A stretch of 64,000 nucleotides of DNA from the human T2T-CHM13v2.0 reference genome, Homo sapiens. Positions 48,709 to 61,810 of the stretch are shown here, in pieces. A program made the position numbers and the translations under genes. Position 1 is the stretch's first letter. Each line of letters begins with the position of its first letter. Location of the stretch: assembly GCF_009914755.1 (NCBI RefSeq), contig NC_060940.1; one strand, written 5' to 3'. Under the pieces are notes generated by a model. The model saw only the letters and a program-made list of their open reading frames with translations. It ran no database searches and was not told the origin of the DNA.

Positions 48709-49508
48709 CCTGATATTATTTAATTGTCTATCTATGTCCTCTTGTAGTTCACTGAGCATCTGGAAGATAATCATTTCGTATCTTTGTCAGGCAGTTCATA
48801 AATCTCCATTTCTTTAGGGTAAATTACTGGCCTTTTATTTTGTTCCTTTGGTGGTGTCATGTTTCCATGATTATTTATGATCCTTGTGGCCTTGCATTGT
48901 GTCTGAACATTTGAAGAAGTAGGCATCTCTTCTGCTGGCTTTGGCAGGGAAGCCCTTCACCAGTTAGCCTGTCCTGAGATTCTGGGCAGGTAGGTTGGTG
49001 AGGTCCATGGTCAGGCCTGCTTCTGTAGTTTTGATTTCTATTTGTGCAGAGGTGGGTCTGAAACTTGAGTCCACTGGTGCAGGTCTGGAGCTTGAATCTG
49101 TCTGGGATGATCTGGCACCTGGGCCTGCAAGGGTGGGCCTGGGTCTTGGGTCCATAAGGGCTGACTTGAAGCCTGGATTCACTGGAGTAGGCCTGGACCC
49201 TGGATCTACTGGAGCTTGGGTCTGTGGTGGCTGGTGTGGCACAGGGGTATAATGGGGCAAGCTTGGACTCCGGATTTCACTGGAGTGGACCTGATTCCTG
49301 TTTCTGCTGGAGCCTGGGTCTGTGGGGGCTTGCCTGTTGCTGGAGCAAACCCAGAGACTGGGTCTATGGGGCCTGGTCTGTGGTCTGATGCTCTGGGGTC
49401 TGGCTTGGAGGTTGGGCCCATGGGGCTAGTCTTGAGTCTGGGGCCATAGGGGCCAGCCTGGCACTGTGGCAGGCCTAGAGCTTAAATCTGTGGGGGCTGA
49501 CTTAAAGG

Positions 49509-49616
49509 CTGGGTCTATGGGGGCTGGCCTGGCGCCTGGGTCTATGGGGGCTGGCCTGGCGCCTGGGTCTATGGGGGCTGGCCTGGCGCCTGGGTCTATG
49601 GGGGCTGGCCTGGAGC
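49509..49616. repeat. 27-bp minisatellite x4 (CTGGGTCTATGGGGGCTGGCCTGGCGC)
   Basis: three identical units plus one with a single substitution. Confidence 0.95.
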
Positions 49617-49851
49617 CTGAGTTTTTAGGGGCTGGCTTTTAACTTGGAGCTCTGGGGCCTGGCTTGGTGCTGGGGCTGGTCTGGAGCCCAGGTCTAGGGG
49701 GATAGCCTGATGCTAGTGCAGGCCTGAGCCTGGGGCCACAGAGGATGTCCTGCCATTGGGTCTGAAGCCTGATTCTGTGGGAATGGCTGAGTGCTGAGGT
49801 TCACTGGGGTGAGCCTGTTTCTGAGGTCCACGGAAAAGTCAGGTGCTCACT

Positions 49852-50172
49852 TTATTCTCTTTTCTTTTTTTTTCTTTCTTTCTTTTTTTTTTTTTTTTTT
49901 GAGATGAAGTCTTGCTCCATCGCCCAGGCTGGAGTGCAGTAGCACGATCTTGGCTCACTGCAACCTCCGCCTCCTGGGTTCAAGTGATTCTCCTAGCCTC
50001 CAGAGTAGCTAGGATTACAGGCATGTGCCACCATGCTCAGCTAATTTTTGTATTTTTGTATAGACGGGGTTTCACCATGTTGGCCAGGCTGGTCTTGAAC
50101 TCAGAACAGGTGATCTGCCTGCCTCCGCCTCCCAAAGTGCTGGGATTACAGGCATGAACCACTGCTCCCAGC
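49852..50172 (-). mobile_element. Alu
   Basis: antisense Alu. Confidence 0.94.
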
Positions 50173-50306
50173 CATACTCTCTTTTCCTCATGTTGAAGGT
50201 ATCACTGTCTATGCTGTGTTTCCTGGGCTTTGGGGAAGGGTGATGCAGGCAATGTGACATTGTTTTCCTATTGTTGTCAATACACCCTTTAAAGTTTCTG
50301 TGCTTC

Positions 50307-50621
50307 TTTTTTTTTTTAATATATATATTTTTATTATACTTTAAGTTCTAGGGTACACACAAGGATATGTATAACAGGATGCTATTGTAGCAATGTTTGT
50401 GGTAGGAAAATAATGAAAACAAATACCACTGATATGAAAATTAATGAATAAATTATAGTATAACTATCCCATTTCTCACTTGGTATTCATCACAACGATT
50501 TATTTAGATCTTTATTGAGTAACTTGGAATTTTATTTCCATGGAGTATTATTGAGTGAGAAAGATAAGAAGCAGAAAAGCAAGCCATTAAAGTGATAAAC
50601 CAAATAAACATTACAAAAAAA
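50307..50621 (+). mobile_element. L1-mediated insertion: inverted L1PA tail plus ~255-bp 3'-transduced sequence and poly(A)
   Basis: exact 16-bp TSD AAAGTTTCTGTGCTTC (50291-50306 / 50622-50637), TTT/AAAG endonuclease site. Confidence 0.85.
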
Positions 50622-50785
50622 AAAGTTTCTGTGCTTCACCCAGGGGCTATAATCTCTTACCTGAATTTCTTAGCTCTTGTAAAGGTATTTTTATGTGTTG
50701 GTGGTTGTTTAAGTGGATGTTTCTGTGAGGAGATGAATGTCAGAAACTCTTCTTCTGCTATCTTGCTGACAACACACAAAATTTT

Positions 50786-51232
50786 ACAAGTGGAGGACAG
50801 ATATTAATGACTTTCAGGGTTTAGTGACAGGGGTAGGGTGGTAGAGGGTAGGAGTGGGAGAGAGGTGGATGTCATTAGAAAAGAGCAAAACAAGTTATTT
50901 TGGTGGTGATGGAATTGTTTAATGCCTTGACTGTGATGCTGGATATGTGGAACCAAACGTAATAAAATTTTATAGAACTAAATACACCCCTCCCACCATG
51001 AGTACAAATGAAATGCGAAATATGAATAAGATGGCTTGATTATATCAATGTTGATATCCTTGTTGTGATATTACACTGCAGTCTTACAAAATGTACAACT
51101 ACCTTGTAATATAGTGGTATAATATAGGCTACAATATTACAATTGTAATATAGTTGGGTCTAGGGTAAAAAGTACATGGAATTCTATGTGTTACTTCTTA
51201 CAACTATATGTGAATCTACAATTATGTCAACA
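50786..51232 (+). mobile_element. L1MC/MD-like 3' UTR
   Basis: GGTGATGGAATTGTT...TGTGAATCTACAATTAT. Confidence 0.75.
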
Positions 51233-51235
51233 AAT

Positions 51236-52900
51236 GAAAAAACATTCCATGCTCATGGATAGAAAGAATCAATATTGTTAAAATGGCCATACTGCCCAAA
51301 GCAATGTATAGATTCAATGCTATTCCTATCAAACTACCAACGACATTCTTCATAGAACTAGAAAGAACCATTTAAAAATTCATATAGAACTAAAAAAGAG
51401 CTCAAACAGCCAAGGCAATCCTAAGCGAAAAGAACAAAGCTGGAGGCATCACGCTACTCAACTTCAAACTATACTACAAGGATATGGTAACCAAAACAGC
51501 ATGATGCAGGTACAAAAACAGACACACAGACCAATGGAACAGAATAGAGAGCCCAGAAATAAGGCCACACACCTACAACCATTTGATCTTTGACAAAGCT
51601 GACAAAAAGAAGCAATGGGGGAAGGGGCACCTTTTTCAATAAATGGTGCAGGGATAACTGGCTAGCCATATGCAGAAGATTGAAACTGTACCCCTTCCTT
51701 ACATCATATATAAAAATCAACTCAAGATGGTTTAGACTTAAATGTAAAACTCAAAACTATAAAAAACTCTGAAAGACAACCTAGGCAATACTATTCTGGA
51801 CATAGGAATGGGCAAAGATTTCATGATAAAAATGCCAAGAGCAATTGCAACAAAATAAAAAATTGACAAATAGGATCTAATTAAACTGAAGAGCTTCTAC
51901 ACAGCAAAAGAAGCTGTCAACACTCAGTTTACTCTGGTTATCTGTTTAAACAACCTACAGAATGGGAGAAAAAATTTTCAAACTATCTGACAAAGGTCTA
52001 ATATCCAGCATCTTTAAGGAACTTAAACAAATTTACAAGAAAAACCCAAACAACCCTATTAAAAAGTGGACAAAAGACATGAACACTTTTCAAGAAATGA
52101 CATACATGTGGACAACAAGCACATGAAGAAAAGTTAAACATCACTGATCATTAAATGCAAATCGAAACCACCATGAGATACCATCCTATACCAGTCTAAT
52201 GGCTATTATTTAAAAATCAAAAAATAACAGGTGCTGGCAAGGTTATGGAGAAAGAAGGAATTCTTGTACACTATCAGTGGGAGTGTAAATTAGTTCAACT
52301 ATTGTGGAAAGCAGTGTGGCAATCCCTCAAAGACCTGAAAACAGAACTACTATTCAACCCAGCAATCTCATTACTGGGTATATACCCAAAGGAATATAAA
52401 TTATTCTGTCATAAAGACACCTGTATAAGTATGCTCATTGCAACACTATTCACAATAGCAAAGACATGGAATCAACCTAAATGCTCATCAATGGTTGAAT
52501 AAAGAAAGTGTGGTACATAGACACCATGGAATACTATGCAGTCTTAAAAAAGAATGAGATCATGTCCTTTGCATGAACATGGATGGAGCTAGAGGTCATT
52601 GTCCTTAGCAAACTAACGCAGGAACAGAAAACCAAATATCGCATGTTCTCACTTAGAAGTGGGAGCTAAATGATGAGAACACATGGACATATAGAGGGGA
52701 ACAACAAACTTTGGGCCTACCAGAGGGTGGAAGGTGGGAGGAGGGAGAGGATTTGGAAATATAACTAACGGGTAGTAGGCTTAATACCTGGGTGATGAAA
52801 TAATCTGTACAACAAACCCCTGTGACACGAGTTTACCTACATAACAAACCTGTACATGTACTCCTGAACTTCAAAGTTAAAAATAAAATAAAATGTAAAT
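51236..52900 (+). mobile_element. L1PA (older, L1PA13-16-like) 3' 1.65 kb
   Basis: ORF2 remnant and 3'UTR ending CCTGAACTTCAAAGTTAAAATAAA. Confidence 0.92.
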
Positions 52901-53159
52901 GAAAATTTAAAAGAGTCACCTCAAGTTTAAAAAGGCATATATAATTTTCAATGTTTGCATTATTGTAAAATTACTCTCCAAAAACGTTACTTCAATGACT
53001 CCTAATGACAGTGAAGCATATCAAAGTGTCTACCTTATTCCAAATTAAAACAACAAAGGGATACTACTTTTGACTTATCAATTTGGAAAGAATAAAAAGT
53101 TATACACATCCCACTGTTGGCCAGGGTTTGGGGAAACAGACACTCTCCCATATTGTTCA

Positions 53160-53400
53160 TGTGTGTTGCAAGTTGGCTTCTTCAGGAAGCAGACTCTGAA
53201 ATAGTGAGTAGTGGGTAAGAAGTTCATTAGGTTATATTATTGGGATCAACAACTATAGAAGGGAAGGGATCATGCAGGACTGGGCAGAGGGAGAAATTGA
53301 GCTAAGATGTCATCTCAATGGAGACCTTAGCTGACCTTAAGATAATACGGAAGCTTGGATGATCTCCAGAGTTGTCTGAAGTTGAGAGTTGGGGGATGAA
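53160..53400. mobile_element. LTR16-like ERVL LTR fragment
   Basis: TTCTTCAGGAAGCAGACTCTGA...GCAGGACTGGGCAGAGGGAGAAATTGAGC. Confidence 0.55.
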
Positions 53401-53432
53401 CTTTTTTTTTACCATCGTCTAAATTAGATACT

Positions 53433-53740
53433 GAATGTACCCATTGTGCCAGGACTGGGGTGGCTTATGACAGATATTGACTGATGCCAAATGACTGAGC
53501 ATTTTAATCTCTCAAGTTGTGTAGTGCTTTCTTTGATGCATGCTATTAGTGAACAGAAACATCTTTACCCTTTCTGCTTACTTCCACATGTCCATCCACA
53601 TGTCCCCACACTGGTCTCTGATATATCAATCATTGTCCATCTAGGCTGAGTCATTCTCTACTGCCCAGGAGCCTATGTATATTCTAATTGCAGCTCTCTT
53701 CTTTTCCACACACAATAGATAACCAGCTGTGCTATGTAGA
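53433..53740 (-). pseudogene. ERVL pol remnant (RNase H to integrase start)
   Basis: reverse-strand fragments IRIYIGSWAVEND, MWMDMW, VKMF and ATPVLAQWVH resemble ERVL VRxYTDSWAVANG...MWMDL...VKIFV...ATPVxAQWAHE. Confidence 0.75.
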
Positions 53741-54476
53741 CGTTTAAATATTTTTAGAGGGTAAAAGTATTTGTCTTTAACCTTTTCTTTTACAGCTTCT
53801 GGATTTCATGCCACAATTATAAAGATTTTCCATTACAAATCTTAAAATTCATGAAATTTCAACATAACTTTTAAACCTTTAAAAGTCCTTTTAAAATCCT
53901 TTTTTATCCTTTAAGATTTATTATGGTATTAAAAGTGAGTTGAGGACCTAGTGCTATTCATTCAAAAGGCTAGTCAGTAATCTCAATAATGTTTAATACT
54001 TTATAATTTCACCATTGAAATGAAATACTACCTTATCGTACGTTAAATTCCCTGATGAATTTGATAAATACATTTTTAAAACTTCATAGTACTAAGTTGT
54101 CTTTGTATTTCTGAAATAAATCTTACTTGCTCATGATTTATTATTTTTTATGCTTCATTGAATTTTATTTAGTAATATTTTATCTAAAAATATTCATCTA
54201 TTCTCAACCATGAAAATTGCCACTAGTCTTTATTTTGCTGTGTTTTAGTCTTAGTGTTTTGTGTAGTAAAAAAGATGTGGAATCCTTGATTCTAGCCTTG
54301 TTCCCCAGGATAAAGCTGAAAGTATACCTCTTTAAACTGTGTGTGTGTGTGTGTTTACTGGGAGAACACTCTCCAAGTGTGCATTGGAGATAGAGAAATC
54401 GGATAACACACTCAGGTAACCTAACTACAAGAAGAGAAGAAAGTGCCTACAGCCAGAGAACAAACAAACTATATTA

Positions 54477-55290
<814 letters not shown>

Positions 55291-55419
55291 ACTAAGTGTG
55301 ACTGCACACTTTACCTCTTGCCTCACAAAATCGCTTGAGGAGGAGTTCTGTGATGAAAACGTAAATTTGCTACCAGGTAAATAGAGACCTGACTTGAGCT
55401 GACAAAACCCAGACCGCCT

Positions 55420-57140
55420 GCCAAGTATTTCCCTTCTAAGTTCTCATCCACAAAATGCAATTAAAAAATCACTAATCATTTGAGAAAAACCAATCTCATA
55501 AGAGAGGTACCAAACTCACTAAGCACAAAAACTGACATCTGAGATAGTAGAATTAAAGAAGGGAAGTAGGAAATATAAACACTAGTATTAATTTCTCAGA
55601 GAGATTCAAGAGACTATCACAACCATAAAAAACTGCTAAGAAAAATAGGAAATCAGAGGACCTAAAATTTTAAAGTATGATTGCAGAATAAACCCCATTC
55701 AATAAGTGGGCTGAAAAGATGAAGACTGAATTAGAATACTAGAAGCAGGGGACGTTTCCAGAATGCAGAATAAAAGGATGAAGAGATGTAAAGAATAATA
55801 AATAGACTAAAAGCCAGGGAGGATAGACCTTTAAGTTACAAAATTGATAGCTGTTTCAAAAGGAGATAAAAGAGAATAGAGGGAAGAGAACAATAACAGA
55901 AACAATAGAAGAAAATTTTCTAGAGCTGAAGACAGATGCAGAGTGCTGAATAGTATTAAAAAAAGATCCTCCTATGACACATTAGGTAAAACTCTAGTAT
56001 CCCAGGTATAAAGAGAACATTCTTGAAGGTTCAAGAAGGAAGAAACAGCATTTCAAAAACAAAAAGAGATTACATATATATCTGACTTCTCAATAGCAAT
56101 ACTGGATATAAAGAGAAAATAGAGTTCAAAATTCTGAAAGAAAATTATTTTGCACCTAAAATCCTTTATTCAGAGAAACTATCAGTCAAGTATGGACAAA
56201 TTAAAGTCATTTTCATATATATAAGTATTTAGGAATTTTATCATTGAGAGCCCTTATCTGAAAGAATTATTTAAGGATGTATTCCAGCAAAATGAAAATG
56301 ATAGATCAAAGAAAAAGGAAAATATGGGACATAAAAAGTGATGACACAGTAAACCAGAAAACCATAGAATTAAGGATAAAGAATTTTGATGCATAATACA
56401 AAAGGGGTAACAGTTTGGGAAAAAATCTCCAGTGGCTTTCAAAGCAGGAAGTGAGAGTGGGGATCTGAGAATAGAAGTGAAACATGCTAAGGGTTTTAAT
56501 AGGGCTTAGAAGTTAAAAGTAGGATATGGATATTGATTAACTACCACTGTGGAGAAAAAATAGAAAATATAGAAAAAAATCGAATAATGAAACTTCATGA
56601 ATTTCACAGAAGTTAGACAAAGGATAGAAGAAAACTCAAGAAAGCATAACAATAGAAAACACAAAATATGGCAGCAAAAATAAACTCAAGTATTAGTATT
56701 CAGATTACATGTGAATGAATTAAACTCCTCTATAAAAAGGCAGAAACTATAGCTACCATTTAGTGAGTGTTATTATGATTTAGGCACTGTGCTGAGCACT
56801 TTAAATAGACAATTTTATTTAAAGCTAACAATAAACTCTACAAGGTAGGTTCTATTTTTATTCTCATGTTAAAGATGAGACCCTGAGACTTAAGAGAGAT
56901 TAAGCCATTTGTTTCAAGTGAGAGGCCAGATTTGAACCCATGCTCTTTGATGGTTAAGACCCATGCTGTTAATCATTCTATTAAACTACCACTCATCTTG
57001 GTTTAAACAATTACTTAAATGTTATTTGTAAGAGATAAACCAAGGCAAAACAATATATAAATTCTGAAAGTAAAGAGTTGGAAAAAGATCTATAAGGCAA
57101 ATGATAACCAAGATGAAAGGAGGCAGGGACAGTGATATTA
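55420..57140 (+). mobile_element. Old L1ME ORF1 and ORF2-start remnant with MIR (~56750-56980)
   Basis: A-rich ORF1-like sequence (AATAGAAGAAAATTTTCTAGAGCTGAAG; GACTTCTCAATAGCAAT) and ORF2 start (GTGAATGAATTAAACTC). Confidence 0.7.
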
Positions 57141-57738
57141 ATACCCATGACATATGATGAGAACAAAACAATTTTGAGAACAGTGTGTATAGTATATACT
57201 GTTTGTATATACTATTCTGTTTATGTTAAAAATATATGTGTGTGTATGCTGTAGAATCAGTAGTGGCATGAAGGGGTATGTATTTAGATTGTTTGAGTTG
57301 TATAATGCTGTTTTACTTGTGTAATTAAAAAAGATTAAAAAAATAAGAAATAAGCTTATTTTTTTAAACTGGAGAATAGGCAGGTGTCCAGCTGTGTAAT
57401 GCAAACCAAGAGAGAAACTAGGGAGAGAGGCTGTGGATTATGTTGGGTGAATACAAAAATAAGCCTTAAAAGTGGTGATAAAAGGGGGGGATGCTTTTCA
57501 ATAGAGGTGTCACGAAGCACCTTCACTCATCAAACTTTGACAATTTCCCCTTTCTATGTGTGTGTCGGGGGGGTGGTGAGGGTGGAGGATCAGGAGGCAA
57601 TGTGTGAGAGTGACAGTATCAGCCACATGTCTTCTGTTCAAAGCAATGCAACGTTTTCAATCAGAAAGGAAAAATATGAAAAAGAAAAACCCTCAACTTT
57701 TCTTATTTCCTCTGAATTGGGTTGTCCGTCCCTTTGCA

Positions 57739-57752
57739 GTTGCTATGACAAC
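57739..57752. promoter_or_regulatory. RFX X-box-like motif GTTGCTATGACAAC
   Basis: near-palindromic match to GTTGCYATGGCAAC in non-repetitive sequence. Confidence 0.45.
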
Positions 57753-58149
57753 AGCAGCCCTCCTCCTTCTTCATCTGGATCTATTTCCAAACTGAAAACA
57801 ATGAATGTGAAAGATCAGAAAATAGGAAAAGCAAGTAGGCATTAAAAGCATTAGGATGATTTACCCTGGAGAAGAGAATGCTAAGAGGTGGCAATTATAT
57901 TGTTCTGAGCTATTAAAGGTGACTACTATGTAAGTAGTTCCCTGCTTGGGCCCAAGATAAAATCAGATTTATTTTAACTGGAGGGAAATAGCTTTAGAGA
58001 GAAGAAGTCCCTGATAGAAAGTTCTGTGGGACTGCTTTGGCTCTGTCAGGGTAGAGTGGTGAGGAGGCTCTGAAATTTTTGTATCCTGCGGTGGTTATTA
58101 TTTTCCTCTAAAAAGTTCTTCATCGGTCAAAGAACAACAACCATGACAA

Positions 58150-58350
58150 CCAACACATGGTGCTTACTCTGTGTCGAGTGCCACTCTAAGTGTTTTATAT
58201 TTATGATCTCACTTAGTCTTTACAACAGTCCTATGAGGAAGATACCATCGTTATTCTCATTTTATGGATGAGAAAACTGAAGGTCAGAGAGCTCAGCAAT
58301 TTGCCAAAGGCCAAACAGCTGATGAATGGCAAAGCTGGGATTCGAACCCA
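58150..58350. mobile_element. MIR
   Basis: CATTTTATGGATGAGAAAACTGAAGGTCAGAGAG...GGGATTCGAACCCAGG. Confidence 0.85.
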
Positions 58351-58479
58351 GGGCACCTGTATTTTTAAGCAGTGGTAACTTCTCACAGTAGATAATCACT
58401 CTCTTGAAATGGTTCTGGTTGCACTGGGGTCTTGGAAGGAATCCTGTATAAAGCCTTAGCTGACATGAGTTCTAATCTT

Positions 58480-59710
58480 ATTTATCCATTCATTGAGTCA
58501 TATTCTTTAATAACTATTTATTGAATACCTACTATGCACAATTTCTAGGCAGGCACTGGGGAAACAGCAGAGAGCAGTACAGACAAAGCCCCATCAAGCT
58601 GGTAGTTTAATGCAGGACCACAAACCTGAACAAATAAATTAATAGGATGATTTCAGGCACTAACAGGTGCAGTGAGGGAAATAAAACTGGGCAATGAGAT
58701 AGAGAAGTGGGTGGGTGGGCTGCTTTACACAGGATGGCTGGGGAAGACCTTTCTGAGGAGGTGACAATCTGAACTGAGACTTGGATGATGGGAAGGGGCT
58801 GGTCCTGTGCAGATCTGGAAGAAGGGTCTTCCAGGCAGAGGAGAAGCAAATGTAAATTTGGGAACAAGCATGAAAGCAGGACAGTGAGGTTAGAGCACAG
58901 TGATCAGGGCCAGGACAGGGGTTGCAAGTTGGAGGTGGCTTTGGATACATTTTGAGAGTTTGGATTGAGAGTCAGGGTTACCACATGGGGCTGCGCTGCT
59001 GGCATCTGGTGGGTGGAGGCCATGGATGCTGCTTACCACCCTGCAATGCACAGGAGTCTCCAGCTTACAGAATGGTCCAGCCCCGAATGTCCATAGCATC
59101 AAGGTTGAGAAACCTTGATTCCTCTATACAAGCCAAGGAAAGGAGATTATAAGCTTATAAGCCAAGGAAAGGAGATTGAAATTTATTTGAAGTGGAAGAG
59201 AATTTGTCAGATGACTTGAAGCAATAGAGTTCCTTTCAGGGATTTACGTTTCAGAAGACAACTGGCTGCAGAATGGAAAACTGATTATAGCAGATCGAGA
59301 GTAGAAGCAGAGAGAAGAATGAATTTTTTTTAACTGTCTAATTTTTGTAGTCTTAGCAGTACTTAGTCCAGATGAATGGAAATGGTGGAGTGGTTTAGAG
59401 GAGCAGCAGTGGCGACAAAGGGGTTTTCACTCTTCACCTTTCATCATTTTTGGCAGGATTTGGCAGGCAGAGGGGACCAGGCTTGCTGATGGATTGGGTA
59501 TGGGTCTGCAGGAAGGGGAAGAATTAAAGGTGACTTTCAGGTTGTGGCTGGTGCAACTGGGCACATGGGCATGAGCCATGAACTTACATGGGGAGAAATG
59601 GATTTGGGGATAATGAAGAAAAACCAAGAATTTAGATTTGACAAAACTAAATAAGACATAGTTATATGAGGAGGTATCACATAGGCTGCTGGAAATACAG
59701 TCATGTATGT
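58480..59710. mobile_element. L2 with nested MER20 (~58940-59118)
   Basis: TTTATTGAATACCTACTATG...; MER20 GGCATCTGGTGGGTGGAGGCC...AGGTTGAGAAACC. Confidence 0.75.
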
Positions 59711-60750
59711 GATTGGCCTCACTGGGCCTTTATTTCCTCCTTTGGAAAATAAGCAAAGGGCTCTAAAATTCAACGATCCTAGAGCAATCAGGCCTGGAGT
59801 TGAGAGATTGGCTTTGGCAGACTTTGGCAATATCATCTAGTTCTGAGACACTCATCTATATCTCACTAGGTCCCTCAGAGCACTGTTACGAAGGTAGATG
59901 AGATGAGGAAATTAGTCCCATTTTGCAGAAACCGAGTTATGCTGCGTAAGAACTGACGTTTGTGCGGAGCCAGAGTGAGTGAGTTGCTGAATAATAGCCT
60001 GGGAGCATCCTTTAAACTAGATGTGGGATCTCCCCAGCAGCTGAGGGAGATTAATAGAAATAAAATCACACCATGCAACAAAAGGGGCTGTCTGGACCTC
60101 CAGGGAGAAGATAGGACTTGGAAGATTATAACCTGTGATTCTCAGCAATTTCTTTCCCAGTGGCTCAAAGGCTATTCTCTGCGTCTCCTCCCAAATCCAC
60201 TGTGGTCTTGCACTCCCGACAAGGTTTGGAAAGACCTGAAGCAAGTAAAATATCTTGTTAAATTTGTTTGCTGTTTCCTTGGTATCTATCCTCAGGCTGA
60301 AAAGGGGCTCATTCTTTGACGTTACCTGGAGCCAGGGGAGCTGAGACATATTTTGCAAAAATGAGATGGTGTGAGAGGAAAAGAGGAAGATTGAGAGTGA
60401 AGTTCCTTTTGTTTTTGTTTTTGGAGGGTAGGGCAGTAGCAGGGAAGACACCACATCCTCTGCTTCTGTGAGTGATGGAGGTCGGGGAGAGCCCAGGGGA
60501 AATAATCTGACTCAGTTACTGGTAATTAAAGGAAGAATGTCAAGTCTCCCTGAGGATCATTGCTTATTGGAGAAGCAGGGAGCAGTCTTGCTTGCAGCTA
60601 CTTACAGGAGGAAAAGTAAAATGAGCCCTGTGTTGACAGTGTCCTGAAGCCAGAAAAACATTCTACGAAGGGCATTGCCTCCAAGACTTGCTGGATTTAT
60701 TCTGTTGAACCATAAAGCTAAGCCAAAAAAGAATCTTAGCAATTAGTTTA

Positions 60751-60787
<37 letters not shown>
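60751..60787. repeat. (GA)n microsatellite
   Basis: direct reading. Confidence 0.95.
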
Positions 60788-60789
<2 letters not shown>

Positions 60790-60861
60790 CTAACGCCGGC
60801 AAATATTTTTCCAGTGCTTGCCACATGCTAAGCTCAGTGTTATGAATGCATTGACAAAATT

Positions 60862-61054
60862 AGGGTCTACAGCAACTATTTTAGGCTTCTGGTCAGTATG
60901 GTTTTTATCATAACTATCCAACTTTGCCATGGTGGGGTGTAAGCAGCCACAGCCATATGTAACTGAATGAGTATGGCTGTGTTCTGGTAAAACTTTCTTT
61001 ATGAAAACAGATGATGGGCTGGATATGGGCTGAGCTATAGTTTGCCAACCCCTG
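60862..61054. mobile_element. MER58A (hAT-Charlie)
   Basis: TGGCTGTGTTC...ATAGTTTGCCAACCCCTG end. Confidence 0.8.
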
Positions 61055-61061
61055 GTTTAGA

Positions 61062-61240
61062 GCATGGTTCTTACACCACACTGTGCACCAGGGTCATGTG
61101 AGAGCTTTATGGTAATGCTGATGTCAGCCCCATCTCCAGAAATTCTAAGTGTGGTCGGGAGTGGGGTCTGGGCATCAGTCGTTTAAAGAAACTCTTCAGG
61201 TAATTTGAGGCACAATCAGGGATTAGAATCAGTGGGTTTA
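61062..61240. mobile_element. MER5A
   Basis: GCATGGTTCTTA...GGTCTGGGCATCAG...TTAGAATCAGTG. Confidence 0.65.
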
Positions 61241-61810
61241 GGATTGTGGTTTTTGCCTGGTTACGCAACAGAATTTTGTGTGTGTATGTGTGTGTGTGTG
61301 TATGAAGAATACTTATGTCTGGCACTACCCTTAGAGATACAGGTGTAATTGGTCTGGATGTGGTCTGGGGTCCAGAAATTTTTAAAGTTTCCCAAATGTT
61401 TCTACTGTAAAGCCAGAGGCAATTTCAATACAGTGTGATAATTGTTGGACAGGAGCAATTTCAGCAAATGAGTTATTTATTTATTCATTGAACACTTATA
61501 TTGTAGTTTCTATGTGCTAAGCAAGTGTTCTAAGTATTGATACAATGAACTTATTTAATTTTCATGATATTTTCTAAGGTAGGTACGATTAACATCCCCA
61601 TCCTGCAGTTGAGTAAACTGAGGTGCAAAGAGTTTAACTGGGAGCAAGGGACATATTTTGCCGGAAGGTGTTTTAGGAAAAACTCCTAGGAGAAGGTGAT
61701 GTCTGAGAAGGATGTGTAAGAGAGCCAGGTACACGTAGGGTGCAGGAGGAAAGTGGAGTGAGGACTGCTCCCTAGATGTAGCCATGCCAAGGTATGGAGG
61801 TGAGAGATGC

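Noticed and set aside
48964-49449. Pro/Gly-rich ORFs
   Set aside because: Product of the GC-rich degenerate tandem array in the L1M 5' region.
49509-49616. CRISPR-like array
   Set aside because: Head-to-tail units with no unique spacers, in eukaryotic DNA; it is a minisatellite.
59960-60454. Overlapping 119-aa and 145-aa ORFs in apparently unique sequence
   Set aside because: No recognisable domain or convincing splice framework; compatible with chance.
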